A DNA stretch of 64,000 nt, taken from contig CALHRZ010000005.1 in assembly GCA_938038445.1 (NCBI GenBank), positions 81,792 through 145,791 of the forward strand, in the 5' to 3' direction. Numbering within the stretch: the stretch's first letter is position 1; every line of letters begins with the position of its first letter. Source of the DNA: an uncultured bacterium. Lineage in GTDB: Bacteria > Verrucomicrobiota > Kiritimatiellia > CAIKKV01. Under the pieces are notes generated by a model that had not been told where the DNA came from, made no database searches, and saw nothing but the letters and a program-made list of their open reading frames with translations. Made by a program: the position numbers and the translations under genes. Of this stretch, positions 1 through 9,832 are shown in pieces.

Positions 1-1945
1 TTGAGGCCCCTTTCCATCCCCTCGGCAGCGGCACGAGCGCCGACCGAGGCCAACCCAGGGAGTTGAATACCGCACAGGCGTTCGCCTCTTTCCGAAGAAG
101 CGCATCGCGGGCTTGGTCGGCCAGAACGGCCGTTTCACGGAGCAATTTTTCGTAAGCCGCCTCAGCCTCTTCGTACACGCGCCGAATCGAGGAACCGGGC
201 AAAATGTCGTGAAATTGGTTCAGTAGCAGAAGTTTCCAAAGCTTTTCGATCGTTTCACGGGGATAGTTCCACCCTTCACGCCGGGCCAAGGTGCCCCAAA
301 GCTCGAGTTCGCGGAGGGCAAATTCGCCCCTCCGGTTCCCGCGTTTGGTCCGGGCTTGCGACGTATAGGTTCCCCGATGGGCCTGATAATAGAGCTCCCC
401 GACGAAAATTGGCAGCGGCCGGCGCCGAGCCTGTCGTTCCAATTCCCGAAAAAATTCGAGGGGAGAGGCGATTCGACACCGGGGCGCGCCTTCAAGGTCT
501 TTTTGACGACGCAAAAACTCAAGGTGCTCGCGCGTAGGGCCGCCGCCACCGTCGCCATGGCCGAAGGGAATGAGTCGGCTGTCCATCCCTTCCTTCTGCA
601 CCCGACGTTTCCAACGGCCGATGAGCGTGGCCGGATTCGTATGCGAATTGTAATCGTGATGGAGATGGGTGAGAATACGGGATCCGTCAATTCCTTCCCA
701 CCAGAAATTCTGATAAGGAATCGCCGCCTCCCCGTTGTAATTCCAGAAAATTTTCTGCGTGGAAAAGTAGGGCAGGCCAAACCCATGGAGAATTTGGGGC
801 AAGGCGCCGGAATAGCCGAATACGTCCGGAAGCCAGAGGAGACGGCAATCAACGCCAAATTGCTCCCGGAACCAGGCTAGCCCGTAGAGAAGCTGTCGGA
901 TCATGGCCTCCCCCCCAGTAATATTGGTGTCGCATTCGACCCACATGCCCCCTTCCGGCAGCCACTGCCCCCTTCGGGCTGCCTCCCGAATCCGCCCATA
1001 GAGTTCAGGGTAGAGACGCCGGGCCATTTCATAAAGCACGGGCTGGCTTTGGAGAAAGCGAAACTCGGGGTACTCTTCCATCAGCGCAAGTTGGGTGCCG
1101 AAGGTGCGGGCGACTTTGCGCTCCGTTTCCGCAAGAGGCCAGAGCCATGCCAAGTCAATATGGGAATGGCCGAAACAGTAGAATCGTGGAGCGGTGCTTC
1201 CATTGCGGCAGCGTAGAAGAGGCGCGAGAACTTGCCGACGCGCTTCGGCAAGGCACCCAAGACGCGACCCAACCGGCCCTTCCGGGTCGAAGGTTTCACA
1301 AAACGTTTTAAGCCCCTCGTCTATTTTCGCCACACGGAGTGAATCGGCCTCCAGGTTGTCCCGTAGTTCGAGCAAAGTTTGAAAATCAAGCCATGCCTGA
1401 TAGGCGTCCTCATGCCAAAGACCCACGTGGGCAGGGGGAATGACGCGTTGGGTTTCCGGAGTTTCGGGAATGGCCGCCTCGCCGTCGAGAATCGGTCCGT
1501 TTCCGCAAGGGGCCGGCCCATGCCCCGCGTAAAGTTCAATCAGAACTTCATATTCCCGACCTGCTTCCGCACGTCGGGATAGGGTCGCGTGGGGATGATT
1601 GGGGTCGTACCCCCCGGCGTCGCGCCCGTCCACAATAAAGCGGCCTTCGCCCGCGCGATTATCGGAAAAAGCGCCCAAAGGGCCGAGCCGAAGAACAAGA
1701 CGATGGCCGACGGCATTGGGCGGCGTGACGATTCGAGTTCGCAGCCAAGCATATTCCCACTTTGCGCCCCACGGCATGCCAGACGGCATGGGACTCGTCG
1801 GCTTCCGCCGTGCTTCTTCAACACTCAGTTGTTGACGCGTTCGAAATCCGACAAAAGCAACGGGAGCTACCGGCTCAAAAATCATCCGGCTGATGGCATT
1901 TCGCCACTGCTCGACCTTTTGACGCCACTCAGGACTCAAGCTCAT
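1..1945 (-). CDS. alpha-mannosidase, glycoside hydrolase family 38; N-terminal ~648 aa, the C-terminus lies beyond the window start
   Basis: Manual translation of the minus strand from ATG at 1943-1945 gives an uninterrupted frame to position 1. It contains the GH38 catalytic signature CFGHSHIDLAWLWP plus HGDGGGGPT and QFHDILPGSSI motifs. The ORF track omits it because it runs off the edge. Confidence 0.8.
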   Translation of the reverse strand, partial: MSLSPEWRQKVEQWRNAISRMIFEPVAPVAFVGFRTRQQLSVEEARRKPTSPMPSGMPWGAKWEYAWLRTRIVTPPNAVGHRLVLRLGPLGAFSDNRAGEGRFIVDGRDAGGYDPNHPHATLSRRAEAGREYEVLIELYAGHGPAPCGNGPILDGEAAIPETPETQRVIPPAHVGLWHEDAYQAWLDFQTLLELRDNLEADSLRVAKIDEGLKTFCETFDPEGPVGSRLGCLAEARRQVLAPLLRCRNGSTAPRFYCFGHSHIDLAWLWPLAETERKVARTFGTQLALMEEYPEFRFLQSQPVLYEMARRLYPELYGRIREAARRGQWLPEGGMWVECDTNITGGEAMIRQLLYGLAWFREQFGVDCRLLWLPDVFGYSGALPQILHGFGLPYFSTQKIFWNYNGEAAIPYQNFWWEGIDGSRILTHLHHDYNSHTNPATLIGRWKRRVQKEGMDSRLIPFGHGDGGGGPTREHLEFLRRQKDLEGAPRCRIASPLEFFRELERQARRRPLPIFVGELYYQAHRGTYTSQARTKRGNRRGEFALRELELWGTLARREGWNYPRETIEKLWKLLLLNQFHDILPGSSIRRVYEEAEAAYEKLLRETAVLADQARDALLRKEANACAVFNSLGWPRSALVPLPRGWKGAS

Positions 1946-2712
1946 AACAAAATCCCAATGAAATAGGGGATGTTGGCAAGGAAAACGTTGCCTTTCAACC
2001 TTTTTTTCCCTCCGGAATCACGGATACTCCGCTCAATTTGCCAGTGGGGATGATTGACGGATGCGCGCGGCCGTCAGGAAAAGGTTCCCCAACCGGATTG
2101 AGGGGAGGGGAATAGCAGCATGAACCTTTCCCCTTCTCGGACAGGCGGGATCTACTCTTTCGGCGTTGGCCCTGCCTCTCTCCGGGAGAAGCGCCGTCCC
2201 CGGCTTCCGTTCTGGGCAGGGTTCACTCTTCGGGAAAGCCTCCTTTTTATCGTTCGCTACAATCGGTTTCTCGAACAGCGTACTGGAACTACAGGTAGGG
2301 AAGCCGAATGGCTAGACGTCTAAACAGATCCTGGAACTCCTACCCGGCGCTCTTCCATTATCCCATCACGCTGCGTCTCCAATCGACAAGGGTTCTTTGC
2401 CCTCGAAGCTGATTGCATTGGGTCGGTCGCCCTGTTGCTCATCTGCACCCTGGTCGCCTTTACGCTAGAAGTGCACCGTATGACGCAACGGGCCGAGAAC
2501 TCGTCCGTCAAACGCTCGGCGATTTCTCGGGCGTTTCGTTCCCTGGTTTGCCCCCATGCGTTCCCGTCTCTCATTATCACACTTCCGGAAGTGTGATACA
2601 ACAGATCATGCCTGCACACCGGGCGCCGCGTCACTCTCCCAAAAAGTTGGAAGAACAGGACTGAATTCTTTTCGCCCTTCGTTTTTGTAAGACTCCACAA
2701 GGCCGGAAATAA

Positions 2713-2734
2713 CAAAAAAGGAGATTTTCTCCTC
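2713..2734 (-). terminator. candidate intrinsic terminator downstream of the sulfatase
   Basis: The minus strand reads AGGAGA-aaa-TCTCCT followed by a TTTTTT run. The stem is short (6 bp) and the loop tight. Confidence 0.3.
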
Positions 2735-2873
2735 TCCAAAAGTGCGAGAAAGATAGCGAAGCATTCTCATCCCTCTTTCCCATAGCCGGGTTCTGATCGG
2801 AATGAAAACCTCAAGCCGTTCAGAACCGTTGAAAAACCTCAGAACCCCATCGAACGGCGGGTCCCCCCCCTCA

Positions 2874-4000
2874 TCAATACCATCGCCATCCCATAGCGCC
2901 GCGGATCCGGCATTGCGCCGGATCGTCCGAGAAGGCGGTACTCGCTCGGAAACGATCCCCGTCCAGAAGGGTGTTGTCTCCCAATTCCCGAGCCGCCCGA
3001 ATCAACCCGAAATCGCCCACCAAATCTCCATGGTCCGCCGTAAACACCACCAGTGTCCGATCGGTGATTCGCTTTTGCTCCAGCCAATTCAACACGCGCC
3101 CAAACTGTTCGTCGAGCCATGTAATCAAACTGTAATAGTAGGCGCGAATGACTTGCCACGCTTGGGGACTCAGGGTGTCCGCCGCATGGGTATAACGGTT
3201 CCGAAGCAGCGCCGGGTTTCGATCGCGCCGATCGAAGACGGAACCCAACGGCGGCGATATCTCCCGCGGATCGTACAACACATCGTAAGGACGGGGCGTA
3301 TCATAGGGCGAATGCGGTTTCGGCGAACTCATGAACATGAAAAAAGGCCGATGAGGTTTTTTGGTCAAATGATGCTCCAGCCTCTGAATCGTCCGGTCCG
3401 CGATCCAATGATCAACCGCCACTTCCTTCGGCAGCGGAGACGGACAAGTCCGTACGCCATTGTTTCCAACCCCATGTGCCCGACTGTAATCATGCCAGCC
3501 GATGTCCAAAAGAAAATCAAAATAATCTTCCAGCCCTCGGGTACGGCCTTCGGGATCAAATTGGGCAATGATCCGTCCGCTCTCGTGAAGGTCCACGTGC
3601 TCGAATCCATGAACCAACCGGGGCTGTCCAGGGGGCGAATAGGGAAGAAAATGGAGTTTTCTCACTGCGTACGTCCGGTATCCCGCGGATTTGAGAATCC
3701 TTGTCAGAAAGCGGTTGATCCTCGCAGATCCGCCCACCGTTGGCCTTAACCCCCGTGCATCGGATGGGGATAGTTGCCGGTCATGAGACTGGCACGAGCC
3801 GGAACACAAATGGGATCCGGAGTAAAGGCATCCCTAAAACGAATGCCCCCGGCCGCCAGAGCGTCGAGATGAGGCGTCCGAATCACGGGATTTCCGGCGC
3901 AGCCGAGACAACCCCAGCGGAATTGATCGGCCATCAGAATCAAAAGATTGGGCTTTTCGACCACGGTCTTAACTTGCCATGACAGGTGGAATAAGTCCAT
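2874..4000 (-). pseudogene. formylglycine-type sulfatase (arylsulfatase family) split by a 1-nt frameshift
   Basis: The N-terminal ORF 3746..4000 carries LILMADQ and CVPARASLMTGNYPH (the CxPxR active site). The C-terminal ORF 2874..3809 carries the GY-T..K-H and VVFTADHGDLVGDFG sulfatase motifs. The two frames differ by +1 and join at a C5 run (3750-3754). Confidence 0.65.
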
Positions 4001-4008
4001 ACTGGATC

Positions 4009-4950
4009 ATGTTTTTTTCGCTAATTGTCTTGATTCTGGCCTCTTTTCTCCCCACTGCCGGAGGGGACGATGCTGTTCCTCCCCCCCGCTGGGCGGCCCT
4101 TCCGGAGGACCCGGCGTGGGACCCCGAACCGTGGGATGGCCCCACCCCCTCTTTCGACTTCTGGTTCCCGGTCGGCGAAGAACTGACCTACAACATCTAC
4201 TGGAAGTTCCTGCATGTGGCCCAAACGCGAATCACCACGGCCTGGGTTCGATGGCCTGATGGACGCCCCGTTCTTCGTATCCGGTATCTAACCCGAAGCA
4301 ACCGCGTGATCTCAACGATCTATCCCGTTGACGACCGACATGACAGCTTTATTGACCCGAAGACTTTTCTTCCCCTTCGATTCATAAAGGATCAACAAGA
4401 GGGACGTCATCGCCGGCATGACATCACCGATTTCGACCACGCGGCAGGCCGGGCCCGTTGGCGCCGACTGGTGGGAAACCAAAAGGATTATGAACTTCCA
4501 ATCGAACCGACCTTGCGGGACATTCCAAGCCTGGCCTATTGGATCCGGCGCGAAGGGATTCCCCGGGGAACAAATTTGACCATGCAAGTCATGGCGGATG
4601 ACAAAATCTATGACCTCGAACTGATCACAGCCTCCGAGACGATGCGTTGTGCCGCTGCCGATTTCGATGCGATTCCCTGTATCCCTATCACCCCGCGAGC
4701 TCAGTTTGAGGGATTGTTTGTCTGGAAAGGTCCTGCCACACTTTACATTAGCGAGGGAGCCCCCTGTCTTGTCATACGGCTGGAAGTTTCAATTCCGGTG
4801 GTTGGTCGTATCCGCGCCGTTCTGACAGAGATCGGAGGACCTGATCAACAATTCTGGCGGCGCCTTTGGACCCTAACGAATAAGGGACTTGCCTTTTCGT
4901 CTGTTTGTGGTATCGTATTAAAAAGAAAGTTTATTCGAGAACCGTTATGA
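4009..4950 (+). CDS. hypothetical secreted protein, DUF3108-like
   Basis: Signal-peptide-like N-terminus MFFSLIVLILASF and a GEELTYNIYWKFLHVAQTRITTAW segment resembling DUF3108. The start was moved to the internal ATG to avoid a divergent overlap with the sulfatase start. Confidence 0.5.
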   Translation: MFFSLIVLILASFLPTAGGDDAVPPPRWAALPEDPAWDPEPWDGPTPSFDFWFPVGEELTYNIYWKFLHVAQTRITTAWVRWPDGRPVLRIRYLTRSNRVISTIYPVDDRHDSFIDPKTFLPLRFIKDQQEGRHRRHDITDFDHAAGRARWRRLVGNQKDYELPIEPTLRDIPSLAYWIRREGIPRGTNLTMQVMADDKIYDLELITASETMRCAAADFDAIPCIPITPRAQFEGLFVWKGPATLYISEGAPCLVIRLEVSIPVVGRIRAVLTEIGGPDQQFWRRLWTLTNKGLAFSSVCGIVLKRKFIREPL

Positions 4951-6014
4951 ACGAATCCTCTTCGGCTAACTCGAGCAAAAAGATGAGGGTTACGCTATCC
5001 GATGTGGCGAGGGAAGCGGATGTCAGTCCAGCCACGGCCAGTCAAGTTTTGAACAATCGGCCGAATTGCTGGGCTTCGACGGAAACGCGGCAGCGGATCA
5101 TCGAAACGGCAAAGCGACTGGGCTATCGCCCGAATCTGGCTGCTCGGTCCTTACGAGCGGGTATGTCCCGTTCAATTGCCAAAATCTCGCCCGCATTCTA
5201 CTTAGGAACCCATCATAACCAAGCAACGGGCGTGTTCGAAAGCGCCCGTAATGCACACTATGTGGTGCTCTTCAGCGTTCACGGGAATGTGAGCGAGCAT
5301 GAGACTTCCCTGATCCAGCTCCACTGGGACCGCGGCGTGGACGGTATGATCGTGACCCCCTGCGAACAGGGAGATCACAAGGAACTCCAACGCCTGGTGA
5401 ACATCGGATACCCCATTGTCACAATGGATGGTGCGGGCCGGCTTCCTTTTCCTTGCAACGACGTAAGCGCCGATTACGCAGCAGCCGGCCGCTTGCAGGC
5501 GGAACATCTTCTCACCATGGGCCGTAAGCGCATCGCGATTTGTAACTCTCTTTTCCCCCACTTTTCCCACGCATTGCGGCAAGAGGCAATCCGGCGAACG
5601 CTGGAACAGGGCGGCGCACCGCCTCCCCTTGTGCTCGATTTGAACGTCGCACCGGATTGCGAACTGCCCGACCACCAAAGCCTCGAAGCGGAACTCCGCC
5701 GAGTCCTCACCGAGCGAAAAGGACAGTTCGACGCCCTCATCGGTTGCGATTACACCTGCTCCGTGGCGATCCGGATTCTGGCCGAGCTCGGCCTCCAGGT
5801 TCCGGCGGATGTCGCCGTGGTGGGAACAGGTAATCTGCCGATTGCACTGTATGGCGTGGTGCCACTAACCAGTGTCTCCCTGGATGACGAATGGATCGGC
5901 CGCGAAGCGTTTCAAATGCTCGTGGACCGGATCGAAAAGCGGACAGAAGGACCGCCTGCTCAACGGCTGTCTGTACCCAAATTAATCCCGCGCCGTTCAT
6001 CCGTTTCTGCTTGA
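4947..6014 (+). CDS. LacI-family transcriptional regulator
   Basis: N-terminal HTH VTLSDVAREADVSPATASQVLNN...RQRIIETAKRLGYRPNLAARSLR and a periplasmic-binding-protein-like C-terminal domain. The ATG overlaps the upstream stop (ATGA). Confidence 0.85.
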   Translation: MNESSSANSSKKMRVTLSDVAREADVSPATASQVLNNRPNCWASTETRQRIIETAKRLGYRPNLAARSLRAGMSRSIAKISPAFYLGTHHNQATGVFESARNAHYVVLFSVHGNVSEHETSLIQLHWDRGVDGMIVTPCEQGDHKELQRLVNIGYPIVTMDGAGRLPFPCNDVSADYAAAGRLQAEHLLTMGRKRIAICNSLFPHFSHALRQEAIRRTLEQGGAPPPLVLDLNVAPDCELPDHQSLEAELRRVLTERKGQFDALIGCDYTCSVAIRILAELGLQVPADVAVVGTGNLPIALYGVVPLTSVSLDDEWIGREAFQMLVDRIEKRTEGPPAQRLSVPKLIPRRSSVSA

Positions 6015-6062
6015 GCCATTGGTTCGTTTCCACTCTACCGAAAAAAATAAAGGGCAATCCCC

Positions 6063-7181
6063 ATGTCATCCACAACCAAAATTCGTCTCGGTATCGTCGG
6101 CGCCTGCGGGCGCGGCGGAAGTTTCAAATCGGCATGTGAAGCTCTCAAGCATTTCACCGTCCAGGCGGTTTGCGACATCCATGCAGATAAGCTTCCAGAA
6201 GCGGCGGCGCTCCTCGGCGCCCCCGAACAATACACCGACTACGAAACCATGCTTAAAAAATCACCGCTCGACGCGGTGATTATCGGAACCCCGATGCCCC
6301 TCCATGTCCCCCAGGCCATCTTGGCTCTGGAAAGCGGTCGCCATGTTCTATCGGAAGTGCCCGCCGGCGTCTCGGTTGAGGAGTGTCGAGACCTCGTCCG
6401 GGTCTGCCGCCAGTCCGGCGCCATCTATATGATGGCCGAAAATTACACCTACATGCAGCCGAATGTCATCGTCCGTACGCTGGTCGCTGAAGGCCTTATG
6501 GGAACCCCTTATTACGCGGAAGGGGAATACATCCATGAGCTCAAGGGGCTCAATGAAATTACCCGTTGGCGCCGGAAATGGCAGACGGGCATCAATGGAA
6601 TCACTTACGGCACCCATAGCTTGGGACCCATTCTCCAGTGGATGCCGGGGGACCGGGTCGTCTCCGTCTGTTGCGCCGGCTCAGGCCGCTGGCACCGAGA
6701 TCCCCGCGGCGATTTTTACGAAAACGAGGCGTCCTGCGTGATGCTTTGTAAAATGAAAAAAGGAGGGCTTGTCAAAATCCGCGTGGACATGCTCTCCGAT
6801 CGTCCCCATGCGATGACCAATTACCAACTGCAGGGCACCGACGGGTGTTACGAGTCGGCGCGGGCCCCGGGCGAAAAAAACCGCATCTGGCTCCGCGCCT
6901 TCGCGAAGGACCCGAACACTTGGATGGACCTCAATGATTTGGCCGATCGTTATCTCCCCGCTTTCTGGAAAGAGAACATGAAAGCCGCACATTTCGCCGG
7001 CCACGGCGGCGGGGACTATTTCGAATTGCTCGATTTTCTTAACGCCATCACCGGACGCGCTCCCTGCCCCATCGGCATCCATGAGGCAATGGATATGACC
7101 CTCCCGGGTCTCGTCAGCCAGCAGTCCATCGCAGAAGGCGGCCGCTGGCTTCCTGTTCCCGACTCCCGGGAATGGTCCTGA
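6063..7181 (+). CDS. Gfo/Idh/MocA family NAD(P)-dependent oxidoreductase
   Basis: N-terminal Rossmann IRLGIVGACGRGG and the characteristic EVP motif region. Confidence 0.85.
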   Translation: MSSTTKIRLGIVGACGRGGSFKSACEALKHFTVQAVCDIHADKLPEAAALLGAPEQYTDYETMLKKSPLDAVIIGTPMPLHVPQAILALESGRHVLSEVPAGVSVEECRDLVRVCRQSGAIYMMAENYTYMQPNVIVRTLVAEGLMGTPYYAEGEYIHELKGLNEITRWRRKWQTGINGITYGTHSLGPILQWMPGDRVVSVCCAGSGRWHRDPRGDFYENEASCVMLCKMKKGGLVKIRVDMLSDRPHAMTNYQLQGTDGCYESARAPGEKNRIWLRAFAKDPNTWMDLNDLADRYLPAFWKENMKAAHFAGHGGGDYFELLDFLNAITGRAPCPIGIHEAMDMTLPGLVSQQSIAEGGRWLPVPDSREWS

Positions 7182-7243
7182 GATATGAAAATACTTGCTT
7201 TTCCTGTCGGTTTTGCTACCTTTCTATTTGAGAAGCAATCAAC

Positions 7244-7318
7244 GCGAGCGTAGCTCAGTGGTAGAGCTCCACCTTGCCAAGGTGGATGTCGAGGGTTCAA
7301 ATCCCTTCGCTCGCTCCA
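7244..7318 (+). tRNA. tRNA-Gly (anticodon GCC)
   Basis: Cloverleaf GCGAGCG-TA-GCTCAGTGGTAGAGC-...-CCACC TTGCCAA GGTGG-...-GGTTCAAATCC...CGCTCGC-T-CCA. The anticodon loop TTGCCAA gives GCC. 75 nt including the encoded CCA. Confidence 0.85.
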
Positions 7319-7327
7319 ATTTGAGGT

Positions 7328-7403
<76 letters not shown>

Positions 7404-7406
7404 TTT

Positions 7407-8885
7407 TTATGAATTCCCATCAGACCCCCGAACCCGCTCGGGTAATAATACCTCCCAGCTCTCTCCAAAAGGATTTCTTCCCCGTCCGCCGGATCCTGCC
7501 GGCCCCGACTGCCCACGCCCAATAACCGGCAACCGGCTGCCGTCGAGCTCAGGATCCGAATAGCGGCCAAACCACTCCTCAAGCGCCGCTTTCATCTCGA
7601 AAACCCGACGCGCCGCTCCCTTTTCCCCTACCCGATTGTGCGCTTCGTCAGGATCTTCCCGCACGTTGTATAATTCATTCGGTCCGTATGGGTACCGATG
7701 AACATATTTCCAATCCCTCGATCGCCACATCCGAACCGGCCCATATTCAGCCGCCACAACAACAAACTCCCGCGGCTGACGCACGGAATGCCCCCTCAAA
7801 AGCGAGGCAAACGAACGGCCAGGAAGGCGGTCGGCATCCGGATTCTTGACCCCAGCCATCTCCAACAACGTCGGATAGATGTCGTACTGACTCCAAAGCC
7901 CCTTCTCAACACCCTGGGGCACCGTCCCGGGCTGAGAAACGATCATCGGAACCTTTACGGACGTGTCGTACATGTTCATGGGAAAAGTGCCGTTCCCTTT
8001 CCCTACCACGCCGTGATGGCCCATATTCATGCCGTTGTCGCTCATGAAGATCACAAGAGTTCGTTCCCGAAGTCCAAGCCGTTCCAACGTATCCAACAAT
8101 CGGCCGATATTCGCATCCATGGCGGTGACGGCCGCAAAATATCCGCTGAGCGCCGCACGCCGTTTCTCTTCCGTATCCCAATGGAGCGAAGAACTCTGCC
8201 AGGGATGGACGGGATGCCTCGGAACGGAACGAAAGTCGCAACCACGGAAATAGGCGTCGTAGAGAACCGACGGATGATTCTCGCGATTCCAAGGGCTGTG
8301 CGGCGCCGTGTAGTGGACGTTGAGATGGAAGGGGCGGCTCGAAACCGCGGAACGCTCTAAAAAAGCCAACGCCTCTTCGGTAATCACATCCGTCACGTAG
8401 CGCGGCTCGCGGTAGAGGCGACCCTTGCGATACAAAGGCGCACCGTAATACGGCCCACCCCCCTGCGCATGGGTAAACCAAGTCGTGAAGCCCATCTGAG
8501 GACGAACAGCATATCCCAAATGCCACTTTCCAAACAAGGCGCACCGGTAACCGTGACGGCTCAACAGCTCGGTATACCCCCGATGGCCGGCCAGATATTC
8601 AATCGGCGAACGCCGTTCTGCCTTCAAGTGGGCATTGCCCGCGCTAATCCAATCATGGACCCCATGACAGGACGGTATCTTTCCCGTGAAAAGTGTGGCT
8701 CGGGCCGGGGAACATACGGGGGACGCGCAGAAGAAATTCTCAAACCGAAGCCCCGTGGCCGCTAGCCGATCCAAGTTCGGCGTCCGGATCTCCGAATTGC
8801 CGGAACACCCCAACGCCCAAGACCCCTGATCGTCCGAAAGAATGAATAATAAATTGGGACGTTCCTTTCCTTTTCGGTGCGCCAT
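7407..8885 (-). CDS. formylglycine-type sulfatase (Cys-type; N-acetylgalactosamine-6-sulfatase/arylsulfatase-like)
   Basis: LLFILSDDQG and CSPARATLFTGK (CxPxR) motifs, 490+ aa. The ORF track begins at an upstream TTG (8897); the ATG at 8885 is used here. No obvious signal peptide. Confidence 0.85.
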   Translation of the reverse strand: MAHRKGKERPNLLFILSDDQGSWALGCSGNSEIRTPNLDRLAATGLRFENFFCASPVCSPARATLFTGKIPSCHGVHDWISAGNAHLKAERRSPIEYLAGHRGYTELLSRHGYRCALFGKWHLGYAVRPQMGFTTWFTHAQGGGPYYGAPLYRKGRLYREPRYVTDVITEEALAFLERSAVSSRPFHLNVHYTAPHSPWNRENHPSVLYDAYFRGCDFRSVPRHPVHPWQSSSLHWDTEEKRRAALSGYFAAVTAMDANIGRLLDTLERLGLRERTLVIFMSDNGMNMGHHGVVGKGNGTFPMNMYDTSVKVPMIVSQPGTVPQGVEKGLWSQYDIYPTLLEMAGVKNPDADRLPGRSFASLLRGHSVRQPREFVVVAAEYGPVRMWRSRDWKYVHRYPYGPNELYNVREDPDEAHNRVGEKGAARRVFEMKAALEEWFGRYSDPELDGSRLPVIGRGQSGPAGSGGRGRNPFGESWEVLLPERVRGSDGNS

Positions 8886-8971
8886 GGCTATCGCCAATTC
8901 TCCTTTCCGAATTTTCCAAACGTTTGGAACGTTTATTCAGAATAGATAGAAACGAAACGGAATGCAACAAA

Positions 8972-9832
8972 TCATTCGGGCGCACGGGCAGAAGCAAACC
9001 GAGGCCGGCCGGTCCAGTCGGGCCGAATTTCGATCGCTTGGAAGCCGAGGGACGTCAGCAGCCTCCGCACCGACTCGCCTTGCCCTATGCCCATTTCCAT
9101 CCAAAAGGAACCGCCGGGCTTCAAACATCGGCGCGCATCAGCGGCCAGCCTCCGAATCGCGGCCAGTCCATCTTCTCCCCCCGCCAGCGCTTCGCGAGGT
9201 TCAAAATCCCGTACTTCCCGATCCAAATTTTTCCATTCCCCATCGGCAATGTAAGGAGGGTTGGAAATCACCCCATCAAGGGAACGGTCCGCCAGGGGCT
9301 CCAACCAGTCGCCGGCCATCAACACCACGCGGTCCCTCACCCCATGAAGGCTGCAGTTTTCCGCGGCAAGGGCAAGAATCTCCGCCCTGCAGTCCAGCGC
9401 AATCACACGGCATTGGAGCCGTTCCACCGCCAACGTACACGCAATGCATCCCGTGCCGGTGCCCGCATCAGCCAGAAAAGGAAAATCCGAATGCCACAAC
9501 GTTGCATCATAAAGGACTTCTTCGACCAATTGTTCCGTCTCAGGCCGGGGAATCAATGCGCGGCGGTCGCAGCGTATCTTACGCCCGTGAAAGATGGTTT
9601 CGCCCAGCACATAGGCCAGCGGTTCCCCAGCCGCCAGGCGTTCCAAGTCGTGGCGCCAGAGTGATTCGTCCAAAAAAGATGGAACTTCTTGACTCGCGAT
9701 CAATCGCCAGTCCAGACGGCCGACTCCGAGACGGCACGCTACAAGCCATTCCCACTTCGCCCTCGGTTCCGAAACCCCCGCCTGCTCAAGCGTCGCGATC
9801 CCCTGTGCGATCAGATCCGCTATGGTCCTCAT
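8972..9832 (-). CDS. prmC: release factor glutamine N5-methyltransferase PrmC (HemK)
   Basis: SAM-methyltransferase motifs DAGTGTGCIA and the catalytic NPPY. It lies directly downstream of prfA with a 4-nt overlap. Confidence 0.85.
   Translation of the reverse strand: MRTIADLIAQGIATLEQAGVSEPRAKWEWLVACRLGVGRLDWRLIASQEVPSFLDESLWRHDLERLAAGEPLAYVLGETIFHGRKIRCDRRALIPRPETEQLVEEVLYDATLWHSDFPFLADAGTGTGCIACTLAVERLQCRVIALDCRAEILALAAENCSLHGVRDRVVLMAGDWLEPLADRSLDGVISNPPYIADGEWKNLDREVRDFEPREALAGGEDGLAAIRRLAADARRCLKPGGSFWMEMGIGQGESVRRLLTSLGFQAIEIRPDWTGRPRFASARAPE

Noticed and set aside
2802-3749. 315-aa plus-strand ORF
   Set aside because: Antisense shadow of the sulfatase gene in GC-rich DNA. Arg/Pro-rich with no motifs.
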